Assembly (NCBI GenBank): GCA_963783305.1
Contig: CAWAMW010000002.1
Span: 416,001 to 480,000, forward strand
Source: an uncultured Gemmatimonadales bacterium
GTDB lineage: Bacteria > Gemmatimonadota > Gemmatimonadetes > Longimicrobiales > RSA9
Direction: 5' to 3'
Length of the DNA stretch: 64,000 bases
Part shown: one piece after another, positions 48,132-58,049 of the stretch
Position numbering within the stretch: position 1 is the first letter of the stretch
How the letters are laid out: every line of letters begins with the position of its first letter
Position numbers and translations under genes: made by a program
The notes under the pieces: generated by a model
Told to the model about the DNA's origin: nothing
What the model saw: the letters and a program-made list of their open reading frames with translations, nothing else
Database searches by the model: none

Positions 48132-49639
48132 TGATCATGACGACGACGAACCGTATCCGAGCCTGTTTCGTGACAGCGCTCATCCTGGGCTCTGCCATGG
48201 TGGCGGCTCTTCCAAGCGATGGGGTCGCGGCGGTCCAGGAGCCCGGGCCGGGGGCCCGAAGCGACGGCCCCTGGGTCGGCGCCTGGGAGGGCGCACTCGA
48301 CGTGGGCGGGCAGGAGCTCAGGATCGTGATCCACGTGAGGGCGTCGGGCGGCGGGGGTCTCGAGGCGAGCATGGACAGCCCGGACCAGGGTGCGACGGGC
48401 ATCCCGGTAGCATCGGTGGCCACGGCCGGTGATTCGATCCGGCTGGACCTGTCCGGGATCGGCGCCTCGTACACGGGCCGGCTGCTGGCCGACGGGTCGA
48501 AGATAGAGGGCGAATGGCGGCAGGGCGGCGCGGCCCTGCCGCTGGTCCTCGAGCGAGGCGACGGGACGGTCGAGCCCCGCCGGCGTCCCCAGGAGCCCGA
48601 GGCCCCGTACCCCTACGGCGAGGAGACGGTGACGATCGACGTCGCGGGCGCTACGCTGGAGGGCACGCTGACGCTCCCGCCCGGCGACGGTCCCGTGCCG
48701 GCGGTCGTGCTGGTGTCGGGCTCCGGGGCCCAGGACCGGGACGAGTTCCTGGCGGGACACCGGCCGTTCCTGGTCCTGGCCGATCGTCTGACGCGGAGCG
48801 GCATAGCGGTGCTCCGCATGGACGACCGTGGCGTCGGCGGCTCGACCGGGTCGACCTTCACGGGCACGATCGGCGAACGCGCCGACGACGTGCTCGCCAT
48901 GGTGCGGTTCCTCGCCGGCCGCCCCGACATCGACGCGGCGCGCATCGGGCTCCTCGGCCACAGCGAAGGCGGCTGGGTCGTTCCGGTGGCCGCGGTTGAG
49001 GCGGGTTCCGAGATTTCGTTTCTGGTGCTGATGGCCGGCCCCGCGCAGAGCCCCCGCGAGCTTATCCTGTCGCAGCAGCGCGTCATCCTGGGCGCGGGCG
49101 GTGCCACAGAGGAAACGATCCTCGCGGTCCAGGCGCTCAACGAGGCGGTGTTCCGGGTTCTCCTCGACACGCCGGACGACGTGGAGGCCGCCGCGCGTAT
49201 CCAGGGGCTGGAGGCGAAGCTGCTGCGCGAGCTGCCGGAGGACCGGGCCCGCGCCCTCGAAGCGTACCTGGCCAGCCAGCCGGAGGCGGCCCGGGCGCAG
49301 CAGCGCCAGGTCTCCACGACCCCCTGGTTTCGCGACCTCGTCGCCTTCGACCCCGATCCGTGGCTGCGGGACGTACGTCAGCCCGTGATCGCGCTCTTCG
49401 GCGAGCGAGACGTGCAGGTTCCGCCCGCTGAGAACGCGGCGCCCATGGCCCGGATCCTCGACGTCGACCATCGCTCGGATCGCACAGTGACGGTGCTGCC
49501 CGGACTGAACCACCTGTTGCAGCCGAGCGAGACCGGCCTGCCGTCGGAGTACGGGCGGATCGAGACGACGATCGCGCCAGCGGCGCTCGAGCTGATCCGC
49601 GCGTGGATCGTGGACACCACCGGCGCTCTGGCGCCATGA
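48131..49639 (+). CDS. Secreted alpha/beta hydrolase
   Basis: Signal peptide, SGSGAQDRDE, DDRGVGGS, nucleophile GHSEGG, GERDVQV, LNHL. Confidence 0.9.
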   Translation: MIMTTTNRIRACFVTALILGSAMVAALPSDGVAAVQEPGPGARSDGPWVGAWEGALDVGGQELRIVIHVRASGGGGLEASMDSPDQGATGIPVASVATAGDSIRLDLSGIGASYTGRLLADGSKIEGEWRQGGAALPLVLERGDGTVEPRRRPQEPEAPYPYGEETVTIDVAGATLEGTLTLPPGDGPVPAVVLVSGSGAQDRDEFLAGHRPFLVLADRLTRSGIAVLRMDDRGVGGSTGSTFTGTIGERADDVLAMVRFLAGRPDIDAARIGLLGHSEGGWVVPVAAVEAGSEISFLVLMAGPAQSPRELILSQQRVILGAGGATEETILAVQALNEAVFRVLLDTPDDVEAAARIQGLEAKLLRELPEDRARALEAYLASQPEAARAQQRQVSTTPWFRDLVAFDPDPWLRDVRQPVIALFGERDVQVPPAENAAPMARILDVDHRSDRTVTVLPGLNHLLQPSETGLPSEYGRIETTIAPAALELIRAWIVDTTGALAP

Positions 49640-49719
49640 CCCTCCGGGGTGGCCCTGCTCGGGTCGCTGCTCGAGCGGGCCGTCGGCTCACACGCCCGCC
49701 GGCACGCCCAGGACCGGCG

Positions 49720-49866
49720 GAGGCCTTCTTCTCCGGAGCCGCGACCTGCTTCCCGGATCTCGGGCTCACCCTGGTGATCACGGCCGAGAACTTTGGCCGG
49801 GGCGATGCCCACGACCTCACCGACCGAATGGTCGGTTCGTTCATCCTGCCGGCCGCGGGACGGTAG
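49720..49866 (+). pseudogene. Possible C-terminal scrap of a serine hydrolase (beta-lactamase fold)
   Basis: CFPDLGLTLVITAENF resembles the last strands of this family; the rest is absent. Confidence 0.4.
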
Positions 49867-49873
49867 TTGAGCT

Positions 49874-50410
49874 TCAGCCGTCCCGGGGGCGCCCGTCCTG
49901 GTAGGACGTGAGGGTGCTCCTGGGCATCATGAACATGAACCAGTTCATTACGGTGTACATGATGCGCGTGCCGGTGGGGAGCGTTCCGGTCTCCAGGTCC
50001 TGCTTCAGGAGACCCAGGATCTCCTTCCACCCCGCGGAGACCTTCTCCGGCTTGCGGTGCTCGGTGGTGAAGCCCGCGTGAGTCACAGTAACCCGGCAGC
50101 CGCCCGCCTCTTCCTCCAGCTCCCAGGTTACAAGCGTGGCCCCGCCGCTCTTCCACGTGGTGAAGTGATACGTGTAGGCGAACTTCCGCGGCGCGTCCAC
50201 CTCCACCACCTCGCCCACGATGAAGACCCGCTTTCGATCCGGGCTGTAGTAGCGCAGTCGGCTGCCCGGCTCCAGCTCACACTCCATCACCGTGTTGTAC
50301 AGGGCCCGCTGGACGCGGCCCGTCTTGGTGATCTCGTCCCACACGCGCTCCCGCGGGACGGCTATGTAGATGGAATTCACGTGGGTGGGTAGCTCGGTGG
50401 CCTCGACCAT
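49874..50410 (-). CDS. SRPBCC/AHSA1-domain protein
   Basis: IYIAVPRERVWDEIT, GEVVEVDAPRKFAY, TLVTWELE, GWKEILGLLK. Confidence 0.88.
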   Translation of the reverse strand: MVEATELPTHVNSIYIAVPRERVWDEITKTGRVQRALYNTVMECELEPGSRLRYYSPDRKRVFIVGEVVEVDAPRKFAYTYHFTTWKSGGATLVTWELEEEAGGCRVTVTHAGFTTEHRKPEKVSAGWKEILGLLKQDLETGTLPTGTRIMYTVMNWFMFMMPRSTLTSYQDGRPRDG

Positions 50411-50441
50411 GGGCAGCGCTCTCCTTGGGGGGGATCGGGGA

Positions 50442-50807
50442 TCAGGCGCGCTCGGTGCGCGCCTCCGTCTCCAATTGGTCCTTGAGGCTCACGAGCGCCT
50501 CGGTCCAGGGTTTCGTGTAACGGGACACCCAACGGTCGTAGACCTGCTGGATGGGCACGGGGTTGAGGTGGTTGTAGCGCGTGCGGCCCTCCCGACGCGG
50601 CACCACCAGCCCCGCCTCCGTCAGGACTTTGAGGTGCTGCATGATGGCAAACCGCGTCAGCTCCGAAAAACGCTCCGCCAGCTCACCGGTAGGGAGCGGA
50701 CCGTCCCGGAGATGATCCAGGATGGACCGTCGCACAGGGTTGGCGAGCGCTTTCCAGACCGCCTCCGTCCCCTGCGGGTCCCCCGCCCCACCGCGATCCT
50801 GTTGCAT
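50442..50807 (-). CDS. ArsR/SmtB family regulator
   Basis: WKALANPVRRSILDHL, AIMQHLKVLTEAGLV, REGRTRYNHLNPVP. Confidence 0.92.
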   Translation of the reverse strand: MQQDRGGAGDPQGTEAVWKALANPVRRSILDHLRDGPLPTGELAERFSELTRFAIMQHLKVLTEAGLVVPRREGRTRYNHLNPVPIQQVYDRWVSRYTKPWTEALVSLKDQLETEARTERA

Positions 50808-50829
50808 ATGTGATAATACTGTCACATAT
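50806..50829. promoter_or_regulatory. Palindromic operator, probable ArsR autoregulatory site
   Basis: Perfect ATATGTGA-N8-TCACATAT overlapping the arsR start codon, between divergent genes. Confidence 0.8.
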
Positions 50830-50871
50830 TGCGCGCGTCAAGGTGTTTCCCCCCGGATTCCGGAGGCAGCG

Positions 50872-51267
50872 ATGGGCAGGATGATCATTGCGGTTGTGGC
50901 GGGCGCGGTGGTGTGGGCCGCGCTCTGGCTGGGTGGCAATCAGGCCGCCATGGCGGCGTTCCCGGCAGCCATGCAGCCGGAGACGGCCATCACGAGCGTG
51001 GGCGTGCTCCTCGGGCTCATCCTCTACGGCGGCGTGCTCCTGTCGCTGCTGGCGGGCTGGACCACGGGGAAGATCTCGCGGGCCATGAAGCCTGTGTGGG
51101 TACTGGCGGGTGTCCAGCTTATGTTCGGCATCATTGCCGAGGTGAGCTACTGGAGCCTGACGCCGGTATGGTACCACGTGGTCTTCCTGGCGCTCATCGT
51201 GCCCATGACGGTGTTGGGCGGACGCAGGGCGGTGGGTGGCGCCCCTCCGCCCCCCGTCAGTCCGTGA
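50872..51267 (+). CDS. Hypothetical membrane protein (4 TM helices)
   Basis: GGAGG RBS; hydrophobic helices; PVWYHVVF. Confidence 0.75.
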   Translation: MGRMIIAVVAGAVVWAALWLGGNQAAMAAFPAAMQPETAITSVGVLLGLILYGGVLLSLLAGWTTGKISRAMKPVWVLAGVQLMFGIIAEVSYWSLTPVWYHVVFLALIVPMTVLGGRRAVGGAPPPPVSP

Positions 51268-51530
51268 GTGTCTGGAGGTAGGTATGGAGCGCGGCGATCT
51301 CCCCCTCGTGGAGACGGCTGATCCGCCCCGTGGCGATCTCGCTCATGAGCCCCTTTTCCAGGCCCTCATCGCTGACGTTGGCGAACATGGCGGAGGGCAT
51401 GATCACCACACTCGACCCATCCGGTCGGACGCCGTGGCGAATGACCGCTTCCAGCTCCTGGTCAGAATACTCGTGCACGATCCGTGTCAGGTTCGGGGCG
51501 ACGATCCGGTCCCCCACCGGCGAGGTGAAG
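51257..51530 (-). pseudogene. Internally deleted cytochrome c fragment
   Basis: APNLT...YSDQELEAVIRHGVRPDG...MPS and EIAALHTYLQTL resemble diheme cytochrome c segments, but no CXXCH remains. Confidence 0.6.
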
Positions 51531-51830
51531 AACCAGGCCGAGCCGAATCACGCAAGGATCGCGTGGTCCGGGGGGGATTTTGGGGTACCGGGTTGGGATG
51601 GGCACGTGGGCCTCTCACCCCGGGGCTCCTCAACACGGCCGTGGGGCCCGAAATTGCAGGCTTCCTGCGGGGATCCTCGCCATGAGTGTGGGCGCCATCT
51701 ACGGGGTCCTGCCGTGGGCCGGATCCCTCGTGCCCGCGGTCGGCGTGGTGGCGATCGTATTCGGGCTCGCCCTCACCGTGCGCGCGGTGATGAGATAGGA
51801 GCTGCGGTACAGTGATCAGGAGAGTGAGGG

Positions 51831-52337
51831 ATGCGGACAACGTTTATTTTGATTCTCGCGATCGCCGCTGGCGCGTGCGGCAATGAACCGGAGTCCGCCG
51901 CGGCAGAGGCGGGTGCCGAAGACTCCGACTTTGCGGCCCTCCAGGAGCGCGGCGCCGCACCGCAGGGGATGGGAGTCGACCAGTACAGATCGATGCACAC
52001 CTTCGATGATCTGCCCGACGGGGGCCGGATCGAGCTTCAGGACACGGCGGGCGATGACGACGCCGTGGAGCGGATCCGGACGCACCTGCAGGGGATCGCG
52101 GCCGATTTCGCGAGCGGGGACTTCAGCACCCCCGGCTTCGTTCACGCAATGGACGAGGTTCCCGGTACGCGCGTGTTGGCCCAGCGGAAGGACGCCATCC
52201 GTTACACGTACCATCCACTCCCTCGAGGTGGTATGGTCCGGATCGAGACGGAGGACGCGGCGGCCGTCCGGGCCGTCCACGAGTTCCTGGCCTTCCAGCG
52301 TCTCGATCACCGGGCCATGGGGCACGACGGGCCCTGA
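51831..52337 (+). CDS. Hypothetical lipoprotein
   Basis: AGAC lipobox; MGVDQY.SMHTFDDLPDGGRIEL, RTHL, AVHEFLAFQRLDH. Confidence 0.8.
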   Translation: MRTTFILILAIAAGACGNEPESAAAEAGAEDSDFAALQERGAAPQGMGVDQYRSMHTFDDLPDGGRIELQDTAGDDDAVERIRTHLQGIAADFASGDFSTPGFVHAMDEVPGTRVLAQRKDAIRYTYHPLPRGGMVRIETEDAAAVRAVHEFLAFQRLDHRAMGHDGP

Positions 52338-52385
52338 TGCCGTCACCGGGCGCCGCCCCCGTGGTGGTGAGCGGAAGCCTGCGCG

Positions 52386-52450
52386 TGGATCTTTCCGGTC
52401 GTCCGTGGAACATCCGGGCCGCTGCGACCGTTGCCAATCCGGCGCTTTGC
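52386..52450 (+). pseudogene. Possible further queG relic (weak)
   Basis: TGG ATC TTT (WIF) followed closely by CGT CCG TGG AAC ATC CGG (RPWNIR), like QueG WIFGCD...CPWN; short and degraded. Confidence 0.35.
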
Positions 52451-52520
52451 CTCTGGATCGTGCTGACGCTGGCCTAGCCGGCGCCGGCTCGAGCCGGATA
52501 CAGGACGGACAGGCCGATCG

Positions 52521-53516
52521 CTACGGCTTCCGTTGCTCCTCGATGAACCGTCTCGCGCTCTCCGGCAGCAGCAGATCGTCGGAGATGGCCGCCACCTCCT
52601 CGGCGGCCTCCCACGCGCGCTCCAGACGCCAGAGCTCGCCCTCCAGCGCCCGCCGCTCCTGCTCCTCGTGCAGCGCCATCTCCACCGCCAGCTTCGTGAC
52701 CGTCGGCATCTTGTTGACGTAGCCGGGAATCCCCTTCTTGTCCGCGAACCGGTCGCCCTGGGCGATCAGGCGCAGGAACTCGTCGGGGTGGCGGTGGTCC
52801 TCGATCTGGTGCACGGCCTCCTGCACCGTTTGCCGCTTCCCGCCCCTTGAGTTCATTTTCGGCAGCACCAGCCCCGCCACTCGCCGCGCCTCCTCCCCCT
52901 CGAACCACCTCTTCTGTCGCTTCTTCCGAATCTCGATTCCGAACCCGAGCTCGTCATCCGTGGCCCGCAGCCGCGTGCCCAGGAGGTCGGGGTTCTTGAG
53001 CTTGAGGACGTCGCCGTCCTCCGTCCGGAGCTTCAGGCGGGTCCGGCCCTGGGACCACAGATTCACGAAGTTGCCGGTCTGGGCGAACAGGCCAGCGCTG
53101 ATGGCGCCCGTGACCGCCCCGCCGATGACCACGGCCCCGATTACCACGACCCCGCCCACGCCGTACACGATCGCCCGCTTTCGACGCCGCCCGAACTGGT
53201 CGCCATAGCGCCATGCGGCGAATTCGGGCCGCTGGGGCCGCCCGATCCGCACCAGCTCCAGCCCCTCGGCATGCCGCGCGATCCCGATGTTCTCCGTGGA
53301 GGCGCGCACGCGTGTACCGCGGAAGATCCGCTCCAGCGTCTCCACCGCCTCCCAGCGCTCTTCGATGGGGCTCAGGTTCCACCGCTCGCACGATCGGCAG
53401 ACGACCCAGAGCCGGCCCCGCTCCGGGTCGAACGCCAGCCGTCGACCCACGGGGAATGTCTCCACCACCTCGTTGGCTCCGAGCGGGCGGCTACAGAAGA
53501 TGCAGGTGCGGTACAT
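52521..53516 (-). CDS. Hypothetical protein with N-terminal zinc ribbon and a central TM segment
   Basis: CIFC...CRSC; hydrophobic GVGGVVVIGAVVIGG; GGAG RBS; coding-like composition. Confidence 0.8.
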   Translation of the reverse strand: MYRTCIFCSRPLGANEVVETFPVGRRLAFDPERGRLWVVCRSCERWNLSPIEERWEAVETLERIFRGTRVRASTENIGIARHAEGLELVRIGRPQRPEFAAWRYGDQFGRRRKRAIVYGVGGVVVIGAVVIGGAVTGAISAGLFAQTGNFVNLWSQGRTRLKLRTEDGDVLKLKNPDLLGTRLRATDDELGFGIEIRKKRQKRWFEGEEARRVAGLVLPKMNSRGGKRQTVQEAVHQIEDHRHPDEFLRLIAQGDRFADKKGIPGYVNKMPTVTKLAVEMALHEEQERRALEGELWRLERAWEAAEEVAAISDDLLLPESARRFIEEQRKP

Positions 53517-53732
53517 GGGGCTCTCCTACGGTTCCGGTGGCTTCTGCCGAATACGCACCGACCCCGCGGGAGGCTTCAACGCCCGCGCTGGCCGCGGTCG
53601 ACTGAGCGGGCGCTGGACCGGCCCCTTCCGTCGGCGCATGAGCGGGACTGAATTCGAGGGACCCCCGCGCCGGGAGGCCCGGGGGTAGGGTAGCGACACA
53701 CCGCCGCCGCGTTGTCCGGTTGAGCCGCCGCG

Positions 53733-56249
53733 CTACTCGTGGCGGAGTGCCTCCATGGGGTCCACCCGGGAAGCCCGGAAGGCCGGAACGTACCCGGCGC
53801 CGAACGCCACGCCCGCCAGCAGCATCACCGCGGCCACGAATACCATGGGGTCGTGGCCATCGAGCTCGTAGAGGAGCGACCCTGCGGCCCGGCCGAGGCC
53901 CAGGGCGGCCGCGATACCGATCACGCCGCCGACCCCGAGCATCCCGGCCACCTGGCGGAGGACCATCCCCCGCACCTTCGCCGTGTCGGCGCCCAGCGCC
54001 ATCCGGAGCCCGATCTCACGGGTCCGAAGCGCCACCGTATAGGCCAGCACGCCGTAGAGCCCGATGGCGGCGAGGAGTGTGGCCAGGACCGCGAACGCCG
54101 TGGTCAGGATGCTGATGAAGCGGTCCATGAACACGCTCTCCGCGGCCTGCTGCTCCAGCGTCATCAGCCCGCTGACCGGCATGTTGGGGTCGAGCCGACG
54201 GAGCACGCCGGGCACGGCCTGGAGGATGGGCCCCGGGTCGCCGGCCGTCCGGATGTAGAAGTTCATGAAGCCCACGTCGGCGTCCTGTGCGTGCGCGAGC
54301 AGGAACACCGGCGGCATCTCGTCCTTCACGCTGTTGTACTTGGCGTTCTGGGCGAGGCCCACGATCTGGATGGTCAACGAGTCGGCGCTGGTGCGGCTGT
54401 TCAGCGCCATGAACGAGCCCACCACCTCGCCGCGCGCCAGCCCGAACTTGTCGGCGAACGCCTCGTTCACGATGGCCGCCGTGTACCCGCCGCCGGGGCC
54501 GTCACGCCGGTCGAACTCACGCCCCGCGATGAGGGGGATCCCGAGGGTGCTCAGGTAGTCCGCCCCGACCTCGTTGTAGTACGAGGTCTGGTCCACGTCC
54601 GGCCCGCCCTCGAACCCCTGCACGGCCACGCCCGCGATATTGGCGCTCCCCTCGAGGGCCGGGATTATGCTGGACGTCACGCCTTCCACGCCGGGCAGCG
54701 ACAGGAGCTCCTCGCGCAACCGCTCGAAGAGGATGCGCGACCGCTCGCCGTCGTAGCCGTTGAGCATGGGCGCGATCGCGAACTTCGCCACGTTGTCCGT
54801 GCGGACGCCCAGCTCCACGCGGCTGATGTTGCCCAGGCTCCGGATGAACAGCCCTGCGGCCACCAGCAGGGTGACGGAGAGCGCGATCTGGACGGTGACC
54901 AGCCCCTGCCGGAACCGGGCGGCCGACCGGGACCCCGACGTCTGACCACTGCCACTCCTGATCGCCGTGACCAGCGTGGCCCGCGTCGCGTGCCACGCCG
55001 GGTAGAGTCCGAACAGGATACCGGTGCCGAGGGCGACAGCCGCCGTGAACCCGATCATGGACGGGCTCAGCTGGAGGTTCAGGATCGCGCTCTGCTGGTC
55101 CGGCAGGATCGATGCGATTCCCCAGAGCGTGGCCCGGGCCACGGCCAGGCCCGCGAGCCCACCGACCACGGCCAGCACCATCGCTTCCGTCAGCAGTTGA
55201 CGCAGGAGCTGGCCGCGGGTGGCCCCCATGGACCCGCGCACCGCCATCTCGGTGTTCCGGCTGGCGCCCCTGGCCAGGAGCAGGTTCGCGATGTTCGCGC
55301 ACGCGATCAGGAGAACCAGCGCCGTGATGCCGAGCAGGAGCACCAGCGGTGTGCGGGATTCCTCGTGCACGCTGCTCTGTCCCTGCTGCCCCGGCTCCAG
55401 CACCACCCGCTTCTCCTGGAACTGGGCCAGCGTCTGCTCACTCAGCCCCTCCTGGAGCGGCGCTTCGACCTCGTTGATGATCGACGCGTACACCCGGTTG
55501 GTCCTCGCCGAGGCCTGCTCCAACGTGACCCCCGGCTCCAGACGGCCGAAGACGTAGATCCAGTACGAGCGACGGTTCTCGAAGTCGTTTCCGGACCACG
55601 GCTCCATCTGGCCACGCAGCGTCAGCGGAACGAACACGGCGGGCTGCGGCCCCAGCGTGGTGCCATCGAAACCCCGGGGCGCCACGCCCACCACCGTCAA
55701 CGTCACGCCGTTCACCACCATGGCACGGTTGAGCACGCCCGGGTCGCCGCCCAGGTTGTTCTGCCAGAACCGGTGGCTCAGGACCGCCACCGTGTAGTCG
55801 CCGCCCACCTCGTCGTCCGCCGGCTGAAGAAGGCGCCCCAGCGCCGGCCGCAGACCCAGCAGCGAGAAGTACGACCCCGACACCATCACACCCTCTCCAT
55901 CCACCGTCCGGTCACCCTGTGCGATGTTAGCGCCAAAGGTCCGGTGGCCGGCCAACCCGGCGAACCCGGTCTCCTCGGCGGCCTGCAGGTCCCGGAACAT
56001 CGGGTAGCTGAATACGGTCTCGCAGCCGCCGGCCTGGTTGCACGTCGACCCCCCCGGCTTCGGCCCCGGCGCCTCCAGGTTCACCAGCCGGTCCGGCTCC
56101 GCGACCGGCAGTGGCCGCAGGAGGATCTGGTCGAAGATGGAGAAGATCGCCGCGTTCGCGCCGATCCCCAGCGCCAGCGAGAGCAGGGCGATCACGGTGA
56201 TGAACGGCGTCTTCACGAGCTTCCGGACGGCGAGCCTGATGTTGGTCAT
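53733..56249 (-). CDS. ADOP-type duplicated MacB/FtsX ABC permease
   Basis: LALGIGANAAIFS, LLIACANIANLLLARG, RTREIGLRMALGA, RASRVDPMEALRHE. Confidence 0.93.
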   Translation of the reverse strand: MTNIRLAVRKLVKTPFITVIALLSLALGIGANAAIFSIFDQILLRPLPVAEPDRLVNLEAPGPKPGGSTCNQAGGCETVFSYPMFRDLQAAEETGFAGLAGHRTFGANIAQGDRTVDGEGVMVSGSYFSLLGLRPALGRLLQPADDEVGGDYTVAVLSHRFWQNNLGGDPGVLNRAMVVNGVTLTVVGVAPRGFDGTTLGPQPAVFVPLTLRGQMEPWSGNDFENRRSYWIYVFGRLEPGVTLEQASARTNRVYASIINEVEAPLQEGLSEQTLAQFQEKRVVLEPGQQGQSSVHEESRTPLVLLLGITALVLLIACANIANLLLARGASRNTEMAVRGSMGATRGQLLRQLLTEAMVLAVVGGLAGLAVARATLWGIASILPDQQSAILNLQLSPSMIGFTAAVALGTGILFGLYPAWHATRATLVTAIRSGSGQTSGSRSAARFRQGLVTVQIALSVTLLVAAGLFIRSLGNISRVELGVRTDNVAKFAIAPMLNGYDGERSRILFERLREELLSLPGVEGVTSSIIPALEGSANIAGVAVQGFEGGPDVDQTSYYNEVGADYLSTLGIPLIAGREFDRRDGPGGGYTAAIVNEAFADKFGLARGEVVGSFMALNSRTSADSLTIQIVGLAQNAKYNSVKDEMPPVFLLAHAQDADVGFMNFYIRTAGDPGPILQAVPGVLRRLDPNMPVSGLMTLEQQAAESVFMDRFISILTTAFAVLATLLAAIGLYGVLAYTVALRTREIGLRMALGADTAKVRGMVLRQVAGMLGVGGVIGIAAALGLGRAAGSLLYELDGHDPMVFVAAVMLLAGVAFGAGYVPAFRASRVDPMEALRHE

Positions 56250-56503
56250 GGTGTACCCGGTCGAATGGGAACGGACGTCGCACAGTTGGACGGCCCGGAC
56301 GGGCCGACGGTTGTATCGGCGGTGCGGGGCCCGCGTGCCGGTGCCCGTGCCCGGGACTGAACGCACTCCGGGCGAACCCGCTCCGAGCGCTGCGGCCGGG
56401 GCCGGGGGTGACCGGGACCGGGTCGGGCCCCATATTGGTCCCGCTCTGAACCGATCCATGACATCCCGGCCAGGGTCCGGGACCTCGAGGAGGATTCGTC
56501 ACG

Positions 56504-57556
56504 ATGAGACCGCTGATGCTCGCCGCCACCACTCTGGCCCTAGGCTTCGCCGGGTCGCTCGCCGCCCAGGACGCCGCGCCCGACACGGCGTACGCGCCGG
56601 GCGACTACGCGGTCTTCACCGGGGCCGGCGAGCGCGCGACCCTGGAGGACGTCATCGCCGCCATGGCGGACGTGGGGGTGGTCTTCATCGGCGAGACCCA
56701 CGACGACCCGACGGGCCACGCCCTCGAGGCGGAGCTGCTGGAGCGGGCGGTGGAGACGGCCGGCCGGCCTGTCGCCCTCTCACTGGAGTTCTTCGAGCGC
56801 GACGTCCAGCCGGTGCTGGACGAGTACCTGGCGGGGTGGATCAGCGAGTCGTCGTTCACCGATGCGAGCCGGCCGTGGCCCCGCTACGACTCGGACTACC
56901 GCCCGCTCATCGAGCTCGCGAAAGAGCGTGGAATCGACGTGGTCGCGGCCAACGCCCCGCGGCGCTACGTGAGCCGGGTCACGGCCCACGGCCGGGAGGC
57001 GCTGGACAGCCTGCCTCCGTCCGCGCTCGAGCACCTTCCACCCCTCCCCTACGGCCAGCCCTCGCCCGAGTACCGGGACCAGTGGATCGGCGTCATCTCC
57101 GCGGTGATGGAGCAGGAGGGGACGCGGTGCGGGCTGCCCGTCGCCGACTCCCAGGCTGTGGCGCCCATGGGCACCCACGCGAACATGGGCAATCAGCTCC
57201 ACGCCCAGGCGCTCTGGGACGCGTCCATGGCGTGGTCCGTCGCCGGGTACCTCCGGGCGCACCCCGACGCCCTCGTCCTCCACATGGTCGGCGGGTTCCA
57301 CGTGGCCCGCGACACGGGAATCCCGGAGCATCTGCGCGCCTACCGGCCGGACACCCGGGCGCTCATCGTCATGCTCCGGCCCGTCCACGACATCGGCGCG
57401 TTCGAGCCCGCCCCCGCCGGGGAGTGGGGCGATTTCGTGATCCAGACGGACGTGGCGCGCACCCTCGAAGCCATCGAATGCCGCGCCTACCGCTGCCCTA
57501 CGGCCAGCCCTCGCCCGTGTACCGGGACCAGTGGATCGGCGTCATTTCCGAGGTGA
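56504..57556 (+). CDS. ChaN-family exported protein; C-terminus altered by a downstream duplication
   Basis: Signal peptide, VVFIGETHDD, LSLEFFERDVQPVLDEYLAG, DYRPLIE, QALWDASMA, VGGFH. Confidence 0.85.
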   Translation: MRPLMLAATTLALGFAGSLAAQDAAPDTAYAPGDYAVFTGAGERATLEDVIAAMADVGVVFIGETHDDPTGHALEAELLERAVETAGRPVALSLEFFERDVQPVLDEYLAGWISESSFTDASRPWPRYDSDYRPLIELAKERGIDVVAANAPRRYVSRVTAHGREALDSLPPSALEHLPPLPYGQPSPEYRDQWIGVISAVMEQEGTRCGLPVADSQAVAPMGTHANMGNQLHAQALWDASMAWSVAGYLRAHPDALVLHMVGGFHVARDTGIPEHLRAYRPDTRALIVMLRPVHDIGAFEPAPAGEWGDFVIQTDVARTLEAIECRAYRCPTASPRPCTGTSGSASFPR

Positions 57557-58017
57557 TGGAGCAGGAGGGGACCCGGTGCGGCCTGCCCGTGGCCGATTCG
57601 CAGGCGGTGGCACCCGTGGGCGCCCACGGGAACATGGGCAACCAGCTCCAGGCCCAGGCGCTCTGGGACGCGTCCATGGCGTGGTCGGTCGCCCAGTACC
57701 TCCGGGCCCATCCGGACGCCCTCGTCCTCCACATGGTCGGCGGGTTCCACGTGGCCCGCGATACGGGCACTCCGGAGCACCTGCGCGCCTACCAGCCGGA
57801 CGCCAGGACGCTGATCGTCATGCTCCGGCCCGTGGACGACATCGCTGTGTTCGAGCCCGCGCCGTCCGGGGAGTGGGGCGACTTCGTGATCCAGACAGAC
57901 GCAGCGCGGACCCTCGAGGCCATCGAGTGCCGCGCCTACCGCGCGGAGCGGGCCGGCGCGCCGGCCACCAGCGGCGGCGGGGGCGAAATACGGCAGGGGC
58001 TGCGGGCGCCAGGGTGA
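57490..58017 (+). pseudogene. Diverged tandem duplicate of the 3' half of the ChaN gene
   Basis: 57490-57942 repeats 57041-57493 (offset 449 nt, out of frame) with many substitutions, and has its own stop at 58017. Confidence 0.85.
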
Positions 58018-58049
58018 TCCGGATCATGCGCGCTCCGCGTCGATCACTC

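Noticed and set aside
53739..56360. 873-aa plus-strand ORF
   Set aside because: Antisense shadow of the ADOP permease.
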